A DNA stretch of 64,000 nucleotides, from the sequence record NC_054912.1. One strand, written 5' to 3'. The position numbers and the translations under genes were made by a program. The DNA is from Escherichia phage vB_EcoM_F1. The notes under the pieces were generated by a model that was given only the letters and a program-made list of their open reading frames with translations, was not told the DNA's origin and searched no databases. How positions within the stretch are numbered: the first letter of the stretch is position 1; every line of letters starts with the position of its first letter. Shown in pieces: positions 19,496-26,777 of this stretch.

Positions 19496-20083
19496 AACTT
19501 TTACTTTAGGCTGTTCTTCAAACGTTAATTCATATCCACATATTACAATTTTGTGATCGATACCAAAATACACAGAAGCAATATTATTAATATTATTTTC
19601 AGTGAAATCTAAATCAACATCAATATCTTTTTGACTAACGCTCAAAGGATAATTAATACGAATAATTCGATTATCTTTAACAAAGATTCCACCGACATAC
19701 TCTGTGCTGCGTTTAAAGTTTACACGTTTCCTAAATGAAAAATATTCAGGCTCTTTATGGGCTCGACTCATAGGGCTTAAAGTGTATTCCGAATATGAAA
19801 TATCAAATCCTACACCTTCAATATGAGCCAAAGTGTCATGATTAAACCAATTATAATCGTATGCCAAATCCATTAAATTGTAATATGTGAAAGGCACCGG
19901 ATTAACATCATATGTTGTACCTTTAAAATCTGCCCAGGCAACGATTTCGTTATCTTTAACAATTACAAAAATTGTGCCAATAAGATATCCACGGTTATTT
20001 TCATCAGGCGTTATATTATAACATTGTGCATCAGGAAATTTACCGTATTTAAACGGTGGATTTTTGTGCATATAATAAATCAT
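19451..20083 (-). CDS. hypothetical protein (210 aa) with two G.IFV.KDN.I domains
   Basis: internal duplication; same C-terminal tail as 19093..19449. Confidence 0.55.
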   Translation of the reverse strand: MIYYMHKNPPFKYGKFPDAQCYNITPDENNRGYLIGTIFVIVKDNEIVAWADFKGTTYDVNPVPFTYYNLMDLAYDYNWFNHDTLAHIEGVGFDISYSEYTLSPMSRAHKEPEYFSFRKRVNFKRSTEYVGGIFVKDNRIIRINYPLSVSQKDIDVDLDFTENNINNIASVYFGIDHKIVICGYELTFEEQPKVKVSIDDQIFNAFMNKG

Positions 20084-20084
20084 A

Positions 20085-20378
20085 TTATTCGCCTGTGATT
20101 TCGGTTACGGTATTTTTGTTATTAAAGTTTTTATCGCAATACAGAACATAATTATACTGCATTACACCGCCAGACTTAAGTTGTTTTTGAACTTCGGCTT
20201 TCATTTCAGGACGATCACGCTCAACGATATTCATAATATCTGCTTCAATTTGAGTTTCAACCTCAGTCTGATCTGCAGTCATAGACCATTCGCACAAATC
20301 TTTATCATAACCTGCCATAGCAGGCTGAGCAGCGCAAGAAGCTAAAGCAAAAATTGTAGCAAAGATAAATTTTTTCAT
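20085..20378 (-). CDS. sp: Spackle periplasmic protein (superinfection/lysozyme inhibitor)
   Basis: 97 aa from ATG 20378 with GAGGAG RBS; signal peptide MKKFIFATIFALASCAAQPAMA; recognised as T4 Sp. Confidence 0.8.
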   Translation of the reverse strand: MKKFIFATIFALASCAAQPAMAGYDKDLCEWSMTADQTEVETQIEADIMNIVERDRPEMKAEVQKQLKSGGVMQYNYVLYCDKNFNNKNTVTEITGE

Positions 20379-20404
20379 GATTAATCTCCTCAGTAGTTTA
20401 TGTT

Positions 20405-20437
20405 TATATAGTATCTCAATTTCCAATAAAAGTAAAC
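20405..20437 (-). promoter_or_regulatory. T4-type early promoter upstream of sp
   Basis: minus strand GTTTACttttattggaaattgagaTACTATATA. Confidence 0.45.
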
Positions 20438-20439
20438 AG

Positions 20440-20697
20440 TTATTTTAAAACTTTTGCGTAATCACATGTTACAAACTGTTTCTCTAGCTTAACGATCTTA
20501 CGAAAATACCTTTTACACTGACGAATCTGTCGCTTCGTAGGGCGCACAGCAAACTTAATAAATTCTACTCGACCAAATGGAGGGCTTTCTTCCGCTGGAA
20601 TATCTAACACCAATTCCCACGTATCCGCAATAAGTGCCTTGAATTGAGTATTTTTCCTGACGTTATACGGAGTAGGTTTAAATAAAACAATATGCAT
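20440..20697 (-). CDS. hypothetical 85-aa protein in the 61.4 position (possibly TifA-like)
   Basis: ATG at 20697 one nt after dmd stop; track ORF extends to 20739; identity by position and length only. Confidence 0.45.
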   Translation of the reverse strand: MHIVLFKPTPYNVRKNTQFKALIADTWELVLDIPAEESPPFGRVEFIKFAVRPTKRQIRQCKRYFRKIVKLEKQFVTCDYAKVLK

Positions 20698-20698
20698 A

Positions 20699-20881
20699 TT
20701 ATCCTCGGCAATCCACTTCGCACACTTTCTTGTCATCAATGAAAGCTTTAACTAATGCTTTATTAACTTCAGCATACTGAGTAGTAGCCCATTGAACGTC
20801 ATCTTTCATCATTGTGGTTTCTTTAGTAAACATGCTTTCATTCTTAAACCACCCCATAAAAACTACCTTTACCAATTCCAT
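20699..20881 (-). CDS. dmd: Dmd, antitoxin against RnlA/LsoA RNase toxins
   Basis: 60 aa MELVKVVFMGWFKNESMFTKE... recognised as T4 Dmd. Confidence 0.85.
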   Translation of the reverse strand: MELVKVVFMGWFKNESMFTKETTMMKDDVQWATTQYAEVNKALVKAFIDDKKVCEVDCRG

Positions 20882-20910
20882 AACAATCTCCTCATTTAAC
20901 CAACAAGACT

Positions 20911-20940
20911 ACTATACCATAGTCTTGTCAGCTTGTAAAC
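20911..20940 (-). promoter_or_regulatory. T4-type early promoter upstream of dmd
   Basis: minus strand GTTTACaagctgacaagactaTGGTATAGT. Confidence 0.5.
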
Positions 20941-22367
20941 TAAAATTTTAATTCATTTGCCAAAGCATCTAACTGAGCTCGAGTCGATTCGTTTCTTTGA
21001 TAGCGATTCTGCTCAGCTTGTATCTGTTGTGAACCTGCTACCTCACTCACTTCAGTTGGAGTAGAATCTTGTTCAATTTCTACCCATTTCTGATTTCCTT
21101 TTTGAACACCCATCAAAAACTTATTCCATTTATTCTTATCACCATATCGTGATTTGATTTGCTTAATAAGTTGTTGCTCAGCAGCTGCTAACTCCTCAGT
21201 TTCAATGACCGCAAGCATAAAATCAGCTGTTGCTGGAAGACCAGCAGATTCTGCAATATCGCTCATGTTAACATCAGAAGAATCCCAAGCTTGTTTACCA
21301 ACCTGTGCTGCAGTCCAAAGAACAGTTTCGGTTTCAACAGCCAGAGCACGCAATTCCTCTGCAATAGCTTTAACAGTTGTGTAACTATTTTCTGAATAAA
21401 CTCTAATGCGGCAAGATTTACAAATACCTAGATAGTCAACAATAATGATTGTTGGAACAAAATTCTTCTTGAGCTTCAATTCGTTTAAAAGTGATCGAAA
21501 TGTATTAGCATCTGCCCCACCAGTAGGATACTGTTTAACGATTAAACGACCGAGAGTAGATTTCTCACGCCATTTTTCCATTTTTCCTTTATACTCAGCG
21601 TAAGAAATATGTCCATCATCAATATCGTCAAGAGAAACATCGAGCATGTTAGCATCAATACGTTTAGCACAGACTTCTTCTGCCATTTCCATGGAAATGT
21701 AAAGAACATTATGTCCGAGCTGTAAATAATCTGCTGCCAATGAACACAGACCTAATGACTTACCAACGTTAACGCCAGCCATTAAAACGTTCAGTGTTCC
21801 AGTCTCAGCTCCGCCTTTAGTAATTTTGTTTAGAATTCTGAGTTTAAATGGAACCTTGCGAGCTTTATTCATATAAGATAGCCAACGTGCTTCGTAGTCA
21901 TCCATCCAATCATGACCAACGTAGCTATCAAATGAAATTGATAATGCTTGGCGCATGATGTCAGGAATAGCACCAACATCCGGCAATTTCTTATTTCGTT
22001 TTTCCGGAGGAAGTTCAGCATTAGTTTGAATTTCGATTATTTTAGACGTAGCATTAAACATCGCCCTTTGCTGAACATATTTTTCTGTTTCTTTTACTAA
22101 CCAACTGTGGTCTTCTGGAGAATCAGCTAGTTTTGAAATAAGTGTTTTTACACCAGAATATTCTGTTTCAGTAAATGAACTATTTTCTAATGCAACATTT
22201 AACGCATTAATAGATGGAACGCTATGATACTCATTAACATGGGATTTAATTAATTTGAATGTATTTTTAGCTGGACCACTTTCAAAATATTCTGAATCCA
22301 TATATGGCCAAACTTTTGAAAAATAAGCTTGATCAAATATGAGATGAGAAAGAATAATTTCTACCAC
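20940..22367 (-). CDS. 41: replicative DnaB-like helicase (gene 41)
   Basis: 475 aa; Walker A GVNVGKS; recognised as T4 gp41. Confidence 0.9.
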   Translation of the reverse strand: MVEIILSHLIFDQAYFSKVWPYMDSEYFESGPAKNTFKLIKSHVNEYHSVPSINALNVALENSSFTETEYSGVKTLISKLADSPEDHSWLVKETEKYVQQRAMFNATSKIIEIQTNAELPPEKRNKKLPDVGAIPDIMRQALSISFDSYVGHDWMDDYEARWLSYMNKARKVPFKLRILNKITKGGAETGTLNVLMAGVNVGKSLGLCSLAADYLQLGHNVLYISMEMAEEVCAKRIDANMLDVSLDDIDDGHISYAEYKGKMEKWREKSTLGRLIVKQYPTGGADANTFRSLLNELKLKKNFVPTIIIVDYLGICKSCRIRVYSENSYTTVKAIAEELRALAVETETVLWTAAQVGKQAWDSSDVNMSDIAESAGLPATADFMLAVIETEELAAAEQQLIKQIKSRYGDKNKWNKFLMGVQKGNQKWVEIEQDSTPTEVSEVAGSQQIQAEQNRYQRNESTRAQLDALANELKF

Positions 22368-22376
22368 ACTTACTCC

Positions 22377-22739
22377 TTAAAAGAATTTAAACTTTTTCTT
22401 TGATCTTTTATTAAATGCATCTTGTAGTTGCATTGTAATACATTTTTCTACATGAGGAGCTAACTCAGCTTTTCTTTCTTGGTCAAGAACAGCAAAGTCC
22501 ATTACGACTTTTCCATCAACCCAATCTAATTTTGTCACATACACAATGTGTGTAGAACCATCTTCTAGTTTAATAACAATCTCCTGGATAACATTTTCCA
22601 TGGCAGATTTAATTATCTTAAGAGATTCATTAAAAAGACGTTCTTTTCTTTCTTCTTCCCCCTCCGAAGAGGGGGATTCGTCGATAATTTCTAGATCTAA
22701 ATCTAAATCATCTTTATTCATTAAATTCTTCCATATCAC
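22377..22739 (-). CDS. 40: gene 40 head-assembly protein (candidate)
   Basis: 120-aa acidic protein between 41 and uvsX as in T4. Confidence 0.55.
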   Translation of the reverse strand: MIWKNLMNKDDLDLDLEIIDESPSSEGEEERKERLFNESLKIIKSAMENVIQEIVIKLEDGSTHIVYVTKLDWVDGKVVMDFAVLDQERKAELAPHVEKCITMQLQDAFNKRSKKKFKFF

Positions 22740-23895
22740 TTAGCTGATCTAGGTCAGTTTCTAAATCAGCCGCTGATTTACTTTTACTTTCTGGAGATTT
22801 AAATTTTTCAACCTTTGAGTTAATCAATTCATCAACTTCAGCTTCAACAATTTCATTACTATCAATAGCACCTAACTGATAAGCACGTTTAATAGCATCT
22901 CGGAATGGTTGATGCTTAAATAAAGGACCCCAGAATGTAGTGCAGTTGGTATCTTTTGCACGCCAAGATTTTTCTTCGCGAATCATCTCGCCGGTTTCTT
23001 CATCAAGAAATTCACGAGCATACCAGCCATTTTTTGGTTTTACTACAAATCCTAATTCTAGAGCCATATCTAACAATCCAGAATAAGGATCGATACCACC
23101 GTCAAATTTAACATCAATAAAGAATTTACTTTTTTCTTTAACGGTACGAGATTTTTCTACATTTAGAACAAATTGATACCCCTGAAGATCAGAACCATCT
23201 TTAATCTGACGTTTACCGATAATGAATACGGTATCAGCCGAATACATTACGCCTGTACCACCTGTCATCACGGTTTTACTAAACATTTCAATTGTTTCAA
23301 TTGTATGGTTAACCGCAACACATGGAATATTTTTAATGCTAAAATAAGGAGTAACAATACGGAATAATGACTTCAGTGATTTAGCACGAGTCATATCTGC
23401 CACAGATTTTTCATTCAAGGCATCTTCCGTTTCTTTCTTAGAAGCCATATTACCGATTGAGTCGATGAATACAATAACCTTTTCACCACGCTCAATAGCT
23501 TCAAGCTGGTTCACCATATCAATTTTCAGCTGTTCAACTGACTGGATTGGCGTATGAATTACTCGTTCCGGATCAACTCCCATGGATCGCAAATAAGCTG
23601 GAGTAATACCAAATTCGCTATCATAGAATAGACAAACCGCGTCAGGATATTTGTTCAAATATGCCGCAACCATAGTCAAAGACATATTTGATTTAAAGTG
23701 TTTAGAAGGCCCTGCAAAAATAGTTAAACCAGACTGCATACCGCCATCAATCGCACCAGAAATAGCGATATTAAGCATTGGAATTTTTGTACGAATTACA
23801 TCCTTTTCATTAAAGAATTTAGATGTAGTCAGTTCAGCAGTCATTTTAGAAGTGGAAGCTTTAATCAAACGGGATTTTAAATCTGCAATAGACAT
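22714..23895 (-). CDS. uvsX: UvsX RecA-like recombinase
   Basis: 393 aa; Walker A GPSKHFKS; recognised as T4 UvsX. Confidence 0.9.
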   Translation of the reverse strand: MSIADLKSRLIKASTSKMTAELTTSKFFNEKDVIRTKIPMLNIAISGAIDGGMQSGLTIFAGPSKHFKSNMSLTMVAAYLNKYPDAVCLFYDSEFGITPAYLRSMGVDPERVIHTPIQSVEQLKIDMVNQLEAIERGEKVIVFIDSIGNMASKKETEDALNEKSVADMTRAKSLKSLFRIVTPYFSIKNIPCVAVNHTIETIEMFSKTVMTGGTGVMYSADTVFIIGKRQIKDGSDLQGYQFVLNVEKSRTVKEKSKFFIDVKFDGGIDPYSGLLDMALELGFVVKPKNGWYAREFLDEETGEMIREEKSWRAKDTNCTTFWGPLFKHQPFRDAIKRAYQLGAIDSNEIVEAEVDELINSKVEKFKSPESKSKSAADLETDLDQLSDMEEFNE

Positions 23896-23972
23896 TCATT
23901 TTTTCCATAGGCATCATTATATTTTCCTCACTGGTTAAAGATAGAGTAATTATAACACAATAAATTTAGGCA

Positions 23973-24821
23973 TTAATCAACTGCTATTGGATGAATAGCA
24001 TTAAACTTATGAAATGCTTCTGATTTTTCTTTACGCGAAACACACATGCGAAGAACCTTTAATGGCTCGTCTTCTTCACCCAACGATTTTCGTTTTTCAA
24101 TATTCGATGTTTTCCAACGAGCTTGCTCTGGAAACTCTCTATTGATTTGCTCAAGCGCTCTATTGTGTTTAGAATTACTACGAATTGAACTACACCCACC
24201 GGGAGCGTGTGATTTTCCAGATACAACTAGATATTTGAACAAGGCCAAATGCGGATAACCTTGATTAATTAAATTGAGAAATGCATACATATCTTCGCAT
24301 AAATCAATTTTTCCATACCCAATTTGTTCTGTCGTAAGTTTTCCGAGGTCATACCACGTATTCGTGAATCCATATGAATTTTCACGATAATTACCCCAAG
24401 ATGAAGTAATTTTAAAAATTGGTAGACGAGCATGGCCATGATAATACCCACAATCCATGGCATCCTCAACGTATTGAATCAATTCATAGAACTGTTCACG
24501 AGTTAATTGATTAATTTTATCTACGCGCCGTTTATCGTCTCTCTTTCGTATTGAACTCATACGGATAGTAGTATCATCGTCAATCATCCAGATTCGTTGA
24601 CCTGCATACATATCAGTAATTGCTTTACGAGTTCCGGCAATTCCGTTTACATCATCAGGAATAGTTACAATTTTAGCTCTAGACCCATAAGCATCATAAT
24701 AAGCTTTTTCTTCGTGTTCACGCACTACAATATGGGGTTCATAATCAGTCGGAAACATATCAAGGGCAGAAACTGCCCCTACACGCTGATAACTTGGAAT
24801 TACGAATTGAATCATTTCCAC
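23973..24821 (-). CDS. predicted DNA-modifying glycosyltransferase (not T4 beta-gt; possibly T2/T6-type beta-alpha-gt)
   Basis: 282 aa at the beta-gt position between uvsX and 42; DxD-like IWMIDDDTTI motif; no resemblance to T4 beta-gt as I recall it. Confidence 0.5.
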   Translation of the reverse strand: MEMIQFVIPSYQRVGAVSALDMFPTDYEPHIVVREHEEKAYYDAYGSRAKIVTIPDDVNGIAGTRKAITDMYAGQRIWMIDDDTTIRMSSIRKRDDKRRVDKINQLTREQFYELIQYVEDAMDCGYYHGHARLPIFKITSSWGNYRENSYGFTNTWYDLGKLTTEQIGYGKIDLCEDMYAFLNLINQGYPHLALFKYLVVSGKSHAPGGCSSIRSNSKHNRALEQINREFPEQARWKTSNIEKRKSLGEEDEPLKVLRMCVSRKEKSEAFHKFNAIHPIAVD

Positions 24822-25552
24822 TCACCGTTATAATCTTTTTTCACAATATGAGTTTCGCCAGTATTCCACCAATGATCAACCAAGTAAAAATGACGAGAAT
24901 ATACATGAAGACTTCCAACATTCCATATAATAGAACCTGCTTTATACTGACGAGTTGAATCGCCTGCATTCAAATCAGATACTAATTTATCTAATACGTA
25001 TTTTTGCCATGCATAATCATTACGGAATCCGAAGACCACGTCATTTGAGCGCATGCTTACTACTGCATTGACTTTCTTATCACGAATCAGGTACTGTACT
25101 GTATTAGTACACATGAAATCTGACATACCATCTTTATTGTAGTCAAATTGCATGGATGGACGAGTATAAATCATGATACCACGTCGAGAATCAGGATTTT
25201 GACCAAGTTCAGCTAAACACATATCATACTGGGCATAGTTATCTTCTGACCAGATAGCCCAACCATAATTTGAGTTAATTTCACCTTTAGAAGATGCTAC
25301 TTGTTGCCAAATCTTTGGTGTTTCACCTGGAATATCTTTAACAAACAGACTTTGAGACTTATACCATTCAAGTTCACGCTGAATGTATTCATCATTAAGA
25401 GCGCCAAAAATAAACGGTTCATCTGCTACAAATGATGCGCCAATAATTTCAATAGTTTTAACGCCAGTTTTATCAACTACGAAATCTTTTTCTTTTAATG
25501 CAAGCCCCAAATGAAGACGGATTTCTTCAACTGTCATAGAATCACTAATCAT
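24812..25552 (-). CDS. 42: dCMP hydroxymethylase (gene 42)
   Basis: 246 aa; thymidylate-synthase-like fold motifs; recognised as T4 gp42. Confidence 0.9.
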   Translation of the reverse strand: MISDSMTVEEIRLHLGLALKEKDFVVDKTGVKTIEIIGASFVADEPFIFGALNDEYIQRELEWYKSQSLFVKDIPGETPKIWQQVASSKGEINSNYGWAIWSEDNYAQYDMCLAELGQNPDSRRGIMIYTRPSMQFDYNKDGMSDFMCTNTVQYLIRDKKVNAVVSMRSNDVVFGFRNDYAWQKYVLDKLVSDLNAGDSTRQYKAGSIIWNVGSLHVYSRHFYLVDHWWNTGETHIVKKDYNGEWK

Positions 25553-25705
25553 TTAAACCTCAATTGATACATTCATATTTAACTTGTAACAGTAATAAAC
25601 CCCAACCTAAAATAATAGTTGGAATCATAAGAGGAACCGTTACACTATAGTATATACTTATTATAATCATCAAGATTAAAAGCAATGCTGCTATAATTTT
25701 GCTTT

Positions 25706-25957
25706 TCATTCCTTCTCTCTGATGATAATTACTTGATTTGGCTGTGCAGACTTTTTAGTTTCACCCGCAATTGACCAAATAAATGTAATAAACCAACCAA
25801 TAATTGACCAGTTAAACAGTAAAGATGTGAAAAAGATTCCTACTGTCGATTTTGACCCACGCATCAAGGCGATAAACCATGGAAGCATGTATATAATAAT
25901 AGCCAACACGCCTGAAACTAAAACCATAAAAATTGAACCTGCTACTAAAGTTTCCAT
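25706..25957 (-). CDS. imm: immunity protein Imm (membrane, superinfection exclusion)
   Basis: 83 aa, two hydrophobic helices, downstream of 43 as in T4. Confidence 0.6.
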   Translation of the reverse strand: METLVAGSIFMVLVSGVLAIIIYMLPWFIALMRGSKSTVGIFFTSLLFNWSIIGWFITFIWSIAGETKKSAQPNQVIIIREKE

Positions 25958-25964
25958 GTTTTCC

Positions 25965-26345
25965 TCACTTAGTCAAATTTTTTACACATGAATTATAAGA
26001 ATTCACTACATACTCCATCGGAGCATTTTTACCTGTACGCCATTGGTAATTATTAGCCCAATTTGCCCAAAGTTCTGCACAGTAGTTTTCAATTTTTTCT
26101 TCGCGTGTAATTACATCCGAATTACGATATGCTTGAGCAGATTCATCTGGACGAATAGCTTCGTCAAAATTCGCCTGCATTTGTTCTACTGTCTGTTTTG
26201 GAGCTTCTTTATAACACTTGACATTAGGATTATAAAACTTGCTTGAACAGTTTACAATTTTTCCTACATCAGACTGATTTACTACCGGTCCTTGAGCTAC
26301 ACAACCAGTAAGACCTAATGCAATAACCAAAATAGCGATTTTCAT
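25965..26345 (-). CDS. predicted lipoprotein (126 aa)
   Basis: signal peptide MKIAILVIALGLTGC with lipobox. Confidence 0.55.
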   Translation of the reverse strand: MKIAILVIALGLTGCVAQGPVVNQSDVGKIVNCSSKFYNPNVKCYKEAPKQTVEQMQANFDEAIRPDESAQAYRNSDVITREEKIENYCAELWANWANNYQWRTGKNAPMEYVVNSYNSCVKNLTK

Positions 26346-26355
26346 AATAATTTCC

Positions 26356-26592
26356 TCAAATGCAAGTAGTAATTACTCCAGTAGTGCTTATGCAGGTATT
26401 ACCCATTTGCACACCTAAAGATCCATTTGTATTCACATGAAGATTATCATCAATTTTAACTGATATTTTACCATTAGTGTGAATAACGGTGCTAGATTTA
26501 ATCACAGGTTGAGTATCATTTTCAACACTAACAAATGGAACTGCTACTAATGCAACTAAACACACTGCTAAGCAACCATAAACAATTTTCAT
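26356..26592 (-). CDS. small secreted protein (78 aa)
   Basis: ATG at 26592 with GGAG RBS and signal peptide MKIVYGCLAVCLVALVAVPFVSV; track ORF extends upstream through a promoter. Confidence 0.5.
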   Translation of the reverse strand: MKIVYGCLAVCLVALVAVPFVSVENDTQPVIKSSTVIHTNGKISVKIDDNLHVNTNGSLGVQMGNTCISTTGVITTCI

Positions 26593-26627
26593 TTCATTCT
26601 CCAAATCCGTATCAGTAGTTGATAGTT

Positions 26628-26659
26628 GTATAGTACCATAGAAGAACAGGGATGTAAAC
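26628..26659 (-). promoter_or_regulatory. T4-type early promoter (TGGTACTATAC variant)
   Basis: minus strand GTTTACatccctgttcttctaTGGTACTATACaactatcaactac. Confidence 0.45.
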
Positions 26660-26748
26660 CGTTTTGTGAAAAAAATTTTTAGGGAATCCAAAGGGTCCAG
26701 AATCATCTCTTTTTCATAAGTATAGATTTATATTACTTGTATGAAAAA

Positions 26749-26764
26749 GGGACCTGGAGGTCCC
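26749..26764 (-). terminator. stem-loop plus U-run after gene 43
   Basis: gggacc-tgga-ggtccc; minus RNA followed by uuuuucau. Confidence 0.55.
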
Positions 26765-26777
26765 TAGATTTATTCTA

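Noticed and set aside
26611-26640. Recurring 25-30 nt motifs (gtatagtacca..., ...gtaaac) that could be mistaken for CRISPR repeats
   Set aside because: Spacing is irregular, copies sit upstream of gene starts, and they match a -35 GTTTAC / -10 TGGTAYWAT promoter architecture. No CRISPR array or cas genes are present.
26356-26706. Long N-terminal extensions of track ORFs (26356..26706, 52038..52625, 53030..54016, 58300..58533, 48587..49639)
   Set aside because: The track takes the most upstream ATG/GTG/TTG. These extensions run through early promoter sequences; the true starts are downstream ATGs with GGAG-type ribosome-binding sites.
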